A stretch of 64,000 nt of DNA from a virus, in the IMG/VR virus record IMGVR_UViG_3300032268_000293, positions 1-64,000 of that record; one strand, 5' to 3'. Of the stretch, positions 18,623 to 27,572 are shown piece after piece (the first letter of the stretch is position 1; every line of letters begins with the position of its first letter). The notes beneath the pieces were generated by a model, which made no database searches, was not told where the DNA came from, and was given only the letters and a program-made list of their open reading frames with translations. Both the position numbers and the translations under genes were made by a program.

Positions 18623-18814
18623 TTATTTACTGCCAGAAATCCTCAGTCCAGAGACTCCTGCAAAGAGAATTGCTGCTGCAGCCCAAGTCTCAATTGTGTA
18701 TTGGATTGCCAATACTGGGAACAGAGTATTAAGAGACCAGATTGTAAGAATCGGTCCAATAACAACAAGAAAGATAATAAACGCAATTAGAAACAACACT
18801 TTAGTCATAATCAC
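18623..18814 (-). CDS. Small membrane protein
   Basis: Two hydrophobic segments. Confidence 0.6.
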   Translation of the reverse strand: MIMTKVLFLIAFIIFLVVIGPILTIWSLNTLFPVLAIQYTIETWAAAAILFAGVSGLRISGSK

Positions 18815-19041
18815 TTCCCTTTAATAATTGCCATTTTCTCACAAGTAGAACGAACATCTTTATTACCAGTAGATAATTGAGATGCACATGCTGCGACAGT
18901 TGGATCAATACCACGTGCAATCGCAGCATTAACAATCTCTTTAGAATTATTACTCTCAATCACATTGTAGTATGTCACACAACCAATCAAAGTTGTAGCG
19001 ATAATACCCAACACACTAATAAACATATTACCTTCATTCAT
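18811..19041 (-). CDS. Small membrane-anchored protein
   Basis: Likely start MNEGNMFISVLGII; AIARGIDPTVAAC. Confidence 0.55.
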   Translation of the reverse strand: MNEGNMFISVLGIIATTLIGCVTYYNVIESNNSKEIVNAAIARGIDPTVAACASQLSTGNKDVRSTCEKMAIIKGK

Positions 19042-19423
19042 TTTCTTTTTCCTCTTCAAGAACAACTGGGTCTGGATGTGGTGGATAATCTTCTGTAAGT
19101 TCTCCACTGAATTCAATAATCGATTCGTAACGGAAAGATCTCCAATCTTGTTTATCAAGATCAAAAACTGCGATTGAATCTTCAGGAGATTTTCTTTTAC
19201 CGTTTCCAGTAGACTTCTTATCTTCTGGGATAAGTTCTTCATTTAACGTACACCTCATCTTTCTAATTTCACCATTCACTTTCTTGAATGTGAGATTAAC
19301 CTCAATCTCTTTCAACAATCCAGCGAACCATTTTTTAAAGTTGGGATGATTAAGTTCTTCTTTGCGTCTCTTCTCTTCCTCAACATCTATAACGTCTATA
19401 ACATCAATAATATCATTTGTCAT
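19034..19423 (-). CDS. WYL_2/Sm-like SH3 beta-barrel protein
   Basis: TFKKVNGEIRKMRCTL, VFDLDKQDWRSFR. Confidence 0.7.
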   Translation of the reverse strand: MTNDIIDVIDVIDVEEEKRRKEELNHPNFKKWFAGLLKEIEVNLTFKKVNGEIRKMRCTLNEELIPEDKKSTGNGKRKSPEDSIAVFDLDKQDWRSFRYESIIEFSGELTEDYPPHPDPVVLEEEKENE

Positions 19424-19751
19424 TTACTTCTCTCCATAAATCAGTACCCTCAAGAATAACACCCTTCTTTTGCGGATATGCTACACTAAATCTTTCACTC
19501 AATTCGTCTTTTGTCCCACCTTGGCAAATGAATGCTTGGTTAGTTGTGTTGTATAAGAAATATTCGCTGTTGTGTTTCTCAACACGCATAGGAACAACGT
19601 TCTCTTTAAACTGTTCTTGTATTTCAGCAAGATCGTTCGATAATTCATTATGTAATTGTTTTACAAGATATTTCGCATAAAGTTCTCTAAGAACCCAACC
19701 AGTATGAACTGCACCAATAATGATGGCAACTAAAAATAACAGATCAATCAT
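19413..19751 (-). CDS. Membrane-anchored hypothetical protein
   Basis: N-terminal TM; coupled ORF. Confidence 0.6.
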   Translation of the reverse strand: MIDLLFLVAIIIGAVHTGWVLRELYAKYLVKQLHNELSNDLAEIQEQFKENVVPMRVEKHNSEYFLYNTTNQAFICQGGTKDELSERFSVAYPQKKGVILEGTDLWREVNDK

Positions 19752-20416
19752 AACAACTTATCTTGTTTGTACTCAGACAGGTCAACTTCCATAGGAACAA
19801 CCTTCCAACCAATTGCGTTCAAGTCGTTCTGAACTTCATCATCAATATTACCTTCACCACCAGAGCAGTACCAATTCAAGTAGTCGCCTTCGCCGAGGAT
19901 ATCAGCAATCAAACCACCAGTAGCACGCCAGCTGTAACCTGTAGTGTAGTCGCCGTATACTAAGTCGTTATTACACAAAGTTGCGTAGAAACGGACACAG
20001 TAGTTTCTACTATTACGCATCTTAGTTTTGATGGTATCGGAGTCTTGAATATTGCGTATAAGATTTGGTTGTTGAAGATCGATATGATCTTTGTCATCAG
20101 TAATGAAGTCTGTTTGCTTTTCAAAATCAGCCATCCACTCTTGACGTAGTTTCTCAAGAGTACCTGCTCGATCGCGTAGATAAACCTTGCTATGAACAGT
20201 AGAGAAAAAACTACTGAATGTGTTAAATTGTTCTTCAGTTAAAAACATCTCAAGTTTGTTAAAATCCAACTTACCAGAGTTGTCAGTCTTACCAATCATC
20301 ACATGAATGTAATCAGGATGAGCATCGAACACATTAATATATGTGGTTACGTCGCCATGGTCGATCTCCAAGTGTTCATGAATTTCAGTCTCAAGTTTAT
20401 CAATTTGACTGTCCAC
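19748..20416 (-). CDS. Hypothetical protein
   Basis: SD AAGGAG; YATLCNN, SWRATGGLIAD, DYLNWYCSG. Confidence 0.7.
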   Translation of the reverse strand: MDSQIDKLETEIHEHLEIDHGDVTTYINVFDAHPDYIHVMIGKTDNSGKLDFNKLEMFLTEEQFNTFSSFFSTVHSKVYLRDRAGTLEKLRQEWMADFEKQTDFITDDKDHIDLQQPNLIRNIQDSDTIKTKMRNSRNYCVRFYATLCNNDLVYGDYTTGYSWRATGGLIADILGEGDYLNWYCSGGEGNIDDEVQNDLNAIGWKVVPMEVDLSEYKQDKLL

Positions 20417-20549
20417 GATGCTTCTCCTTGCGTGTGTATTTCTTTTTGTTTAACTCAACTCGACAACGATATTTTGGTGTGCGCAAATCCTTAGCAATCC
20501 AATTTCTTGGTTTACTTACGGGAATAACCAGCGCACATCGAGTATCCAT
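20400..20549 (-). CDS. ArfA-like basic peptide, 49 aa (not in ORF track)
   Basis: MDTRCALVIPVSKPRNWIAKDLRTPKYRCRVELNKKKYTRKEKHRGQSN resembles the ArfA core N-x-I-x3-L-x2-P-x-(F/Y)R-x-RVE-x-NKK...Y-x-RK-x-KH; SD AAGGA. Confidence 0.6.
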   Translation of the reverse strand: MDTRCALVIPVSKPRNWIAKDLRTPKYRCRVELNKKKYTRKEKHRGQSN

Positions 20550-20697
20550 CATCATGTCCTTGTGTATATTGTTGCATACCTAGAGTATTTAAATAACTCT
20601 CCAACTCTTTATATTTTACCTCGGAAATATCATTAATGTCAACCCCCAAGATTTGCAGGACTCGAACAGTGGCAAAATCAAGTTCGCTCTGATACAT
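20512..20697 (-). CDS. Hypothetical protein
   Basis: Overlap-coupled ORF. Confidence 0.5.
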   Translation of the reverse strand: MYQSELDFATVRVLQILGVDINDISEVKYKELESYLNTLGMQQYTQGHDDGYSMCAGYSRK

Positions 20698-20926
20698 CTT
20701 CGCGATCTTTCTTATTCATTGACCATGGTTTATTTTTTGCGTCACGTTCTGCAAGTTCTGCTTGAATCATCTGTCGTTTAAATGTATTTCTTTCATCTTG
20801 AGATTTGAAAGGCATTAAAGCCAACAGTCTCTTTACTGTTTTCGACATAACATATGTTGATGTTGGTTTCTGTGTCCAAGAAATAAATTCAACATGCTCT
20901 GTTTTTCTAACTTTCTTTTTAGCCAT
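20678..20926 (-). CDS. Hypothetical basic protein
   Basis: SD GAGGAG; MSKTVKRLLA...FKRQMIQAEL. Confidence 0.65.
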   Translation of the reverse strand: MAKKKVRKTEHVEFISWTQKPTSTYVMSKTVKRLLALMPFKSQDERNTFKRQMIQAELAERDAKNKPWSMNKKDREDVSERT

Positions 20927-20935
20927 AATTTCTCC

Positions 20936-21220
20936 TCATAGCATTCTTATTAAACCAATAGTATCAATTGTTGTTAGCAGGATGTAGTTAGCCAACATGC
21001 CAAATGATTTCCGAGTATAACTAGCCCAAGCATACATAGCACAACCAAAGATCCAGATAGGATATAAAACAAGTAAGGGAGGATTAGGGACTGTGAGTGC
21101 CATAGTGATCGAACACCCGATAGAGATCGCCCAAGCCAAAACCTCAACAACGAAACGTAATTTGTTACTTTTCCAATCATCTTTTATCCATGCAAATGTA
21201 TTTATCAAAAATCCTAACAT
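20936..21220 (-). CDS. Small multi-pass membrane protein
   Basis: Three hydrophobic helices. Confidence 0.65.
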   Translation of the reverse strand: MLGFLINTFAWIKDDWKSNKLRFVVEVLAWAISIGCSITMALTVPNPPLLVLYPIWIFGCAMYAWASYTRKSFGMLANYILLTTIDTIGLIRML

Positions 21221-22095
21221 ACTTCCACCACTTTTAGTTCAAAGGTATTAGAGATACCTTCGTAACCGAGATATCCACGAGGATTACACACAACACGTGT
21301 GTTCCCGATCATATAATCATATCGCTCATGCGTATGACCATGTGTCCACAATTTAATTTGGGGGTGATCTAAAATATATTCTACATAGTCGTTGTGATAA
21401 CCACCATTCATGTACTCATCGTCAGAGTAACGAGGATGCATAGATTGCCTTGATGGGGTGTGATGTCCAACAACAACTACTTTATCGTTTTCAGAAACAA
21501 TGTGTTTGATGTAATCAAAACATTTTTTGTTTTCTTCAACAGCATCTTCAGGACAAAACGTCGCGACACGTGTTTTGAATGATGGGATTTGACGCCCATC
21601 TTCCGTAACCTCAAATGTTTTGTAACTTACCTCACGATTGCTGTTTTTTACACAGTTAAAATCGTTCATCATACTTTTGATGTGATACATTGTCATTGGA
21701 TCTTCATTGTTCATGTTAGTCCACAATGTACCACCAACAAATGTAATGTCATCAATCTTCAAAAGTTCTTTATCAAGAACATGAACATTCGTCAAGTATT
21801 TGAATTTGTGCTTCAACGAAGACAACGTATATCTGAAGTCGCCATGGTAATGTTCATGATTACCAGCTACATAGATAACATGTGGAAACTCAGAAGCGCA
21901 ATCCTGAAAGAATCTATGATACATGTTCGATTTGTTTCTTGCGAAACCAGTCTCGACTTGTTGTTCGTTCCATTCATCAAGATCGTTCTCAACTAGAATG
22001 TCACCAGAGAGGATGAGTACATCAACATCTCCAGGATTCTTTAGGATAAGTGGTCCGAACTCTAAATGAACATCGGAACATACTGCAATTTTCAT
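21214..22095 (-). CDS. Calcineurin-like metallophosphoesterase
   Basis: SDVHLEF, LSGDI, GNHEHY, GHH, HGHTH, CNPRGY. Confidence 0.9.
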   Translation of the reverse strand: MKIAVCSDVHLEFGPLILKNPGDVDVLILSGDILVENDLDEWNEQQVETGFARNKSNMYHRFFQDCASEFPHVIYVAGNHEHYHGDFRYTLSSLKHKFKYLTNVHVLDKELLKIDDITFVGGTLWTNMNNEDPMTMYHIKSMMNDFNCVKNSNREVSYKTFEVTEDGRQIPSFKTRVATFCPEDAVEENKKCFDYIKHIVSENDKVVVVGHHTPSRQSMHPRYSDDEYMNGGYHNDYVEYILDHPQIKLWTHGHTHERYDYMIGNTRVVCNPRGYLGYEGISNTFELKVVEVC

Positions 22096-22098
22096 AAA

Positions 22099-22476
22099 TT
22101 AACCTCTACGCATTCTTGAAATATCTTTCGCTTCCTCTTCGCTAAAAACAGGAACAGCGTTAGACTTATGTAAAGTGCCGATACCAATAATTTTGGTACC
22201 AGTGTAAACTGGATTTGGTTTTAAAGTGCCACCATGAGAATTACCAGTGCTGACGCTAGGATAGTGGACAGATTCTCCCCGAGGTGGAGTACTACGATTT
22301 GACTTGTAAGTGTCACTGACTGATACAGTTGTTTTAGGTTTGACATCGTATTTCCTTTTCAAAATTTCCCATGATTCTTGTTGAGCAAAAAATCTGCGTT
22401 TTTCCTCAGCAGATTTAAATTTCTGCTTACGTTTCTTGGTAGAAGTGGTGGTAAAAAAAGCAGGCATCATACCCAT
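22099..22476 (-). CDS. Hypothetical early protein
   Basis: YTGTKIIGIGTLHKSNAVPVF; directly behind a promoter. Confidence 0.7.
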   Translation of the reverse strand: MGMMPAFFTTTSTKKRKQKFKSAEEKRRFFAQQESWEILKRKYDVKPKTTVSVSDTYKSNRSTPPRGESVHYPSVSTGNSHGGTLKPNPVYTGTKIIGIGTLHKSNAVPVFSEEEAKDISRMRRG

Positions 22477-22496
22477 AAGTTTCTCCTTGTAAGGAT

Positions 22497-22525
22497 ATTA
22501 TACTTTAGATTCGTATTATTGTCAA
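22497..22525 (-). promoter_or_regulatory. Early sigma70-type promoter
   Basis: Perfect TTGACA-17-TATAAT. Confidence 0.85.
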
Positions 22526-22549
22526 GCATTAACCCTACTGTAAGTAAGG

Positions 22550-23575
22550 TTATTTTACCTCAATACTGTAAGACGCTACACGAGTAGCAAGAGAATTGTC
22601 CAGCAGAAATTCTATATTAGCTGGAGTTTTTTTGTTTGTTTGTATTACAACTGTATCTGTTTCAAAATAATTGTTCGTATTGAAAAATACGTAGTTGTTT
22701 TTTCTAGATGAACCAGCAGGATAAAACTCAATCATCTTAAGATCGTGTGACGTATGTTTCATTTGTTTCAAAACAGAACCATTGGAATCTTTCAATGTTA
22801 TAATAAAATAATTTACGTTATACTTAGAAATATTCTCTAAGTCAAACCCAACATCATGGCAATCTTTTGAGTCGACTTGTTTACTTTCAGTAAAACAGTA
22901 TGTATTTCCATTTCTTGTTTTTGTTTTTGCAGGATTCATGAATATCGATCCAGCAATTAGAACAGGATGATAAAACGAACTTCCATAATAAACATTACTT
23001 TGAAAATCTCTGTCTACTGATTCTTTACCAGCGTATTTTGCGAAATTCTGAAAATCATTTACCCACTTATGTTGCCATGAAACAAAACCATTAATCGAAA
23101 CTCTAGTGCTAATGTCGTGAGGATAAACGTCAATCTTGTTTGTTGAGAAATGATAAGCAGATGTTTGAGAGATTTTTTCAATCATAGTTCTACGATTGTT
23201 CATCTCATCAATCTTAGATTTAATTCTGTCATCAAATAATGGTTTATCACGTTCGATTTGAAATACACTCGGTTTCGTTTCATCAACAACAGCACGAATA
23301 GTTACTATCCAATGCTGGTGAGTTCTTTGAGAACGCAAAACTTCTGACTCGAGTATAATTCCTGAAACATAATCATCTATTTCTTCGGAATACTGTTTAC
23401 CATCAGTTTTTCTATGACCAAGATTAAAAGAACCTGTCACTTTCTCAACTGCTTCAATTTTTGCTCTGCGTATTGCTTCTTCTTGGGTATCGCCTTTACC
23501 TGTTGTCTCAACAGTCACGGCAGCAAATGTTACATTAGTAAAAAATAAACAAGCAATCAAGAAATGTGGTTTCAT
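22550..23575 (-). CDS. Secreted protein with LPP20/FlgT-N-like N-terminal domain
   Basis: Signal peptide; VETTGKGDTQEEAIRRAKIEAVEKV. Confidence 0.55.
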   Translation of the reverse strand: MKPHFLIACLFFTNVTFAAVTVETTGKGDTQEEAIRRAKIEAVEKVTGSFNLGHRKTDGKQYSEEIDDYVSGIILESEVLRSQRTHQHWIVTIRAVVDETKPSVFQIERDKPLFDDRIKSKIDEMNNRRTMIEKISQTSAYHFSTNKIDVYPHDISTRVSINGFVSWQHKWVNDFQNFAKYAGKESVDRDFQSNVYYGSSFYHPVLIAGSIFMNPAKTKTRNGNTYCFTESKQVDSKDCHDVGFDLENISKYNVNYFIITLKDSNGSVLKQMKHTSHDLKMIEFYPAGSSRKNNYVFFNTNNYFETDTVVIQTNKKTPANIEFLLDNSLATRVASYSIEVK

Positions 23576-23694
23576 TTGGATTTAACCCAGTCTCCGACTT
23601 TCTTAAGATCTTCGCCAGCACCCGAAAGGGTGCCACCTACTGTTCCGCACCCAATCAATGCAGTAGTCAAAACAAGCATAACAAGTTTTTTCAT
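23572..23694 (-). CDS. Entericidin-like small lipoprotein, 40 aa (not in ORF track)
   Basis: MKKLVMLVLTTALIGCGTVGGTLSGAGEDLKKVGDWVKSK; lipobox LIGC and GAGEDL motif. Confidence 0.7.
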   Translation of the reverse strand: MKKLVMLVLTTALIGCGTVGGTLSGAGEDLKKVGDWVKSK

Positions 23695-24362
23695 TATCGT
23701 AATCCCTCAATCATTGCTTTTAGTTGATGCGAAGCAGCAATAGAATGTTTAGAAACACGAACTTCCACTGATACTAGGTTGCTATCTTTCTCAATGTTTC
23801 GATTTGTAATGACAAGACCACGCAAAAGAGCAGCAGAATTGTCTGTCATTTGTTCTTTAACATAAGTAGCAACACGCTGACCACGATTACGTTCTTCAGC
23901 TGTCATAGTTTCTGAATTGCCACCACCATCTTCAAGATCATCAAGATTTGATGCTTTATCATTTCCCTCAGTCTTATTGGATTTTAAAGATTCATTTGCG
24001 TCAGTTTTGAGCAAAGTCTTTGTGATTGTTTTTGAGAATTTATTTGAACTTACATCGTTTGATAAAAACTCAGCAACATTTCGTTTAGCACGCATCAATG
24101 CAATATTATATGCGTCTTCACGTGAAGATGTGTGATTTGTTTGGATGTAAGCAGTGCCTGTAGAAACAAGACCAAAGAAATTCCCCTGTTCGTCAAACTC
24201 AACTTTAATGAGTCCGTTCGATTTTAAGAATTGGGCTTCTTTCTTTTCCAGTTTAGCAACTGGAGCAGGTGCTTCGGGTGGGAGTTGTGTGACAGTTTTG
24301 GTTGACGAACAACCAGCAACGAACAGCGCACAAACTGACATAACAATAACACTTCGTTTCAT
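23694..24362 (-). CDS. LPP20-like lipoprotein
   Basis: Lipobox VAGC; AYNIALMRAKRNVAEFL. Confidence 0.65.
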   Translation of the reverse strand: MKRSVIVMSVCALFVAGCSSTKTVTQLPPEAPAPVAKLEKKEAQFLKSNGLIKVEFDEQGNFFGLVSTGTAYIQTNHTSSREDAYNIALMRAKRNVAEFLSNDVSSNKFSKTITKTLLKTDANESLKSNKTEGNDKASNLDDLEDGGGNSETMTAEERNRGQRVATYVKEQMTDNSAALLRGLVITNRNIEKDSNLVSVEVRVSKHSIAASHQLKAMIEGLR

Positions 24363-24394
24363 AATTTAGATCCTTTTCAAGTTAAGGTAGAATA

Positions 24395-24423
24395 ATTATA
24401 CCTTACATACTATTTTTTGTCAA
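24395..24423 (-). promoter_or_regulatory. Early sigma70-type promoter
   Basis: Perfect TTGACA-17-TATAAT. Confidence 0.85.
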
Positions 24424-25589
24424 GCATTATCTTGTGATCTTCTTGAGTTTGGGCGAACAGGAACAGGTTGCTTTACAGTTTCTTCAGTTTTTTGTTCGTT
24501 TTCGTTCCAAGGATTTTTCGGATCAAAGTCTTCTTCCTTCTTTTTAAAGAAATCTTTGACTACTTTGAAAAATTCTTTTGGTGGTTCTTCGGCTGGTGGT
24601 CCCTGTAAAATTGAGGGATCCCATTCTTGCGTTTTTGGTTCTGTTGGTTGATAGACTGCAGTAATTCCAGTGTATGGATCGTAATTCAAATCTCCTGGTT
24701 TCATCTCAGAACCTTGGATCGAAGAAACAATTTTATTCCATCTGTTCTCAGATTTTTGTTCATCAACTTCTTCGTCTAGCAAACGAGCACGTTCTTTACC
24801 CTTCTTAAACCAATTGGTAATTTCTTCGTCTTCAGATTTCGTTTTATTTAATAAAGATTCCCTATTCGCTGCAATTAATAATAAAACGGCAAGTGGATCA
24901 AACACGAAAACAATCATGAGGATGACGATACGCACAGCAGACTCAAGTAAAGAGTCGTCCATCGTATCGCCATACATCAATGCTGCGATGTATTTTATTG
25001 GTCCGACTTCGGCTTCGACTTTACGGACTTCGCTGGCGATTGGCGCACGCTCTTGGTTGAGACTTGCGATTTCGGTTTGGGACCTCTGGATTTCGTTGAT
25101 GAGGTTGGTTCGCTCTTTGGCTTGTCGCTGTCTGATGGAGACTGCGTTTGCGGCTCCTCGTTCGTCGCTACTTCTTGCGAGGGTTTGGTCGACTTGCGCA
25201 TCCAGTTGAGTAATTGCTTTACGAGCTGCATCTATATTCTCCTTTTGTGTTTTTATTTTCTCATCGATGAGGGATAATTTAGATACAATATCACCTGTTG
25301 GCACTGCTTGGTCTAAATGTGCTTTTGACAAATAACCAAAGATACCCATTGATGTGAGTATCATTAACACAACAACAGCAGTTGTGAAATATGTTTTAAG
25401 TAGTGTTGGGATTGTTGACCAGCTTCTATACAGCCATGATGCTGCAACAAGTTTGCTTACTTCAAGAGCAGTTCCCATTATTGCGATGGGCACAACAGCA
25501 GTTGAGAAAATAGCAATAAGACCCATCACAGAATAATACGCTGCTATTGCAGACAATAATAGTCCGCAACCAAATAGTAGGTATATCAT
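24420..25589 (-). CDS. Multi-TM coiled-coil membrane protein
   Basis: Three N-terminal TMs, SMGIFGYLSKAH, coiled coil, EVGPIKYIA, VFDPLAVLLL. Confidence 0.75.
   Translation of the reverse strand: MIYLLFGCGLLLSAIAAYYSVMGLIAIFSTAVVPIAIMGTALEVSKLVAASWLYRSWSTIPTLLKTYFTTAVVVLMILTSMGIFGYLSKAHLDQAVPTGDIVSKLSLIDEKIKTQKENIDAARKAITQLDAQVDQTLARSSDERGAANAVSIRQRQAKERTNLINEIQRSQTEIASLNQERAPIASEVRKVEAEVGPIKYIAALMYGDTMDDSLLESAVRIVILMIVFVFDPLAVLLLIAANRESLLNKTKSEDEEITNWFKKGKERARLLDEEVDEQKSENRWNKIVSSIQGSEMKPGDLNYDPYTGITAVYQPTEPKTQEWDPSILQGPPAEEPPKEFFKVVKDFFKKKEEDFDPKNPWNENEQKTEETVKQPVPVRPNSRRSQDNA
24995..25231 (-). CDS. Candidate overprinted nested gene, 78 aa
   Basis: AAGGAG 7 nt before ATG; local GC rise matches the overlap; amphipathic N-terminus and S/K/P-rich tail. 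Confidence 0.5.
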   Translation of the reverse strand: MQLVKQLLNWMRKSTKPSQEVATNEEPQTQSPSDSDKPKSEPTSSTKSRGPKPKSQVSTKSVRQSPAKSVKSKPKSDQ

Positions 25590-25975
25590 TTCTTTATATG
25601 TTTCCTGTGAGTTTTAATCATAATCCATTCATTATAATAATTGTCTTCTAAAAGTACATTATTGTCAAATTGGAATTTCGCTTCCCAATAATTAGTGTTA
25701 CCTCTAGTCGGACACAACATCAAAATTTTGCGTGTGAAACTTTCCTTACCATATTTATCAATATCTGCAAGTAGTTCTTTGTTCGAACCCCAGTAGTCAC
25801 GCCAATCACTCTCAACTCTTGTTCGTTTTTTCTTACCTTTTACTTGCCTAGTTTTTGCTTGGCTAAAGTATTTACGACCAATGTATTTTTTTCCTGTTGT
25901 ATTGTTTGTAATTTCGTATATGAACCCATACCAATCTTCAGGGTCATTCAGGGGTTGGTTGTTGTATATCCACAT
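25586..25975 (-). CDS. GIY-YIG endonuclease
   Basis: YGFIYEITN...KYIGRK, YWGS, YWE, YYN. Confidence 0.85.
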   Translation of the reverse strand: MWIYNNQPLNDPEDWYGFIYEITNNTTGKKYIGRKYFSQAKTRQVKGKKKRTRVESDWRDYWGSNKELLADIDKYGKESFTRKILMLCPTRGNTNYWEAKFQFDNNVLLEDNYYNEWIMIKTHRKHIKK

Positions 25976-26093
25976 TTTCTGGTTTCTTGTCAGTCAATCC
26001 TTCTACTTGAGAAGTGTCTAATGATTGACCTTGTGGATTTTTAAGTTTACTGAACCAGTCGTCGCCTTGTAGTTCTGATGTGTTTTCAGGCAT
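25944..26093 (-). CDS. Small hypothetical protein
   Basis: MPENTSEL..., SD GAGGAGG. Confidence 0.4.
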   Translation of the reverse strand: MPENTSELQGDDWFSKLKNPQGQSLDTSQVEGLTDKKPENVDIQQPTPE

Positions 26094-26241
26094 CTTCTTC
26101 CTCCTCAAAGTCTTCCTCTTCATATATATCACCACCACAGAATGGGCAATATACAACATCGGTTGACTGAAGATCGTCTACCTTAAATGAGATTTTTCCA
26201 TGCGATCCGCATGATTCACAATCAAAATATTTAACTGCCAT
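26086..26241 (-). CDS. Small zinc-ribbon protein, 51 aa (not in ORF track)
   Basis: MAVKYFDCESCG...VYCPFCGG plus acidic tail. Confidence 0.65.
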   Translation of the reverse strand: MAVKYFDCESCGSHGKISFKVDDLQSTDVVYCPFCGGDIYEEEDFEEEEDA

Positions 26242-26941
26242 CTCTTACCTTCGTTAATCCGAGTTTATTAAAAACCTTAAACCACATCCAACCAATATCA
26301 AACTCTACTGGTTTTCTACTTAATTTTGGGTTTGCTGGATCACCATGATGGTTATTGTGTAATTCTTCACCACCTATGATAATTCCCCACGGAATTATGT
26401 TAGTCGATTTTTCTTTGGTGTCATAATTTCTATAACCATAATAATGTCCCATACCATTTATAACACCTGCTGCCCAGAATGGAATCCATACCATTTGAAC
26501 TGCCCAGAACCAAATTCCCCACCAACCGAACAGAATTAAACTAATTACCAACATTAAAACAATTCCAGCATATGGAAATTTTGAATAAACATTTCTTTCC
26601 ATCCAGTCATCTGGAGTTCCAACACCATACTTCTGAATCATTTCTTTATCTCTTGCGGATTGAACATAGCAAGAAACCCCAGCGAATAAAACAAACCAGA
26701 TACCCTCATTGTGAGGACTATGAGGATCGCCCTCTTTGTCCGAGTTCTGATGATGTTTACGATGTATCGCAACCCATTCTTTTGTTACCATGCCAGTTGT
26801 TAACCACAACCAAAAGCGCATGAAATGGGATAGAACTGGATCAAACTCTATACCTCTATGTGTTTGTCCTCTGTGTAAATACAGTGTAACACAAACAATG
26901 GTAATGTGTGTCATTACCAACAGATAAATTATTTCAATCAT
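26231..26941 (-). CDS. Delta-9-type fatty acid desaturase
   Basis: His boxes HRGQTH, HRKHH, HNNHH; GDPHSP; EFDIGW. Confidence 0.92.
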   Translation of the reverse strand: MIEIIYLLVMTHITIVCVTLYLHRGQTHRGIEFDPVLSHFMRFWLWLTTGMVTKEWVAIHRKHHQNSDKEGDPHSPHNEGIWFVLFAGVSCYVQSARDKEMIQKYGVGTPDDWMERNVYSKFPYAGIVLMLVISLILFGWWGIWFWAVQMVWIPFWAAGVINGMGHYYGYRNYDTKEKSTNIIPWGIIIGGEELHNNHHGDPANPKLSRKPVEFDIGWMWFKVFNKLGLTKVRDGS

Positions 26942-27572
26942 CTTGCCTTTCGTACATTACGGTATTGGTATCTCCCAATGACCATTTTGCATTTGTTTCG
27001 ACAGACCAGCGTTTAGTAGCCACTCTAAAATCTGGCGTCTTAAGTTCTTTAGGATTACTGCTTGGCTCTAATATAATTAAACGATTATTAGGCTGAGCAG
27101 CAAACTGCCCATTATCACACTGAATGAAATTATAAGACTTGTGATCTTCGGGGTCTTCAGAAAACCCTGTATCAAGTATGTTAAAATCAGGATGAGCACT
27201 ATCAACTGTAAAAAGATAAACACCATGCTGCCAATCTCCATTCTTTAATTTAAACTTACAACGCATTGATTGTAGTTGTGCTTTCTTTATGACAGTTATA
27301 TCGTAAGAAAGGCAATCCCACAACTGTAGATAATCTAGTGGTAATGGCTCACCCTCAATAGGTTTCCAGCAGTAAGCATGTAGTGGTAGCTTATCGTATA
27401 ATGCACCATAATTATTCAAGTAAGATTCAATACGAAATGCTTGCCCTCTTAGCGACTTAATACTTACCCACCAACATGGTTCAAGTTCTCCGTGACCCTT
27501 TTCAAAGTCATAGAGAAACTCTCTACGAACAAAACATTTTACTGGTGGTAAGTTGGCTAGAATATGTGACAT
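26934..27572 (-). CDS. Hypothetical phage protein
   Basis: MSHILANLPP, GALYDKLP, LQLWDC, EDHKS, NGQFAAQPNNR. Confidence 0.7.
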   Translation of the reverse strand: MSHILANLPPVKCFVRREFLYDFEKGHGELEPCWWVSIKSLRGQAFRIESYLNNYGALYDKLPLHAYCWKPIEGEPLPLDYLQLWDCLSYDITVIKKAQLQSMRCKFKLKNGDWQHGVYLFTVDSAHPDFNILDTGFSEDPEDHKSYNFIQCDNGQFAAQPNNRLIILEPSSNPKELKTPDFRVATKRWSVETNAKWSLGDTNTVMYERQDD

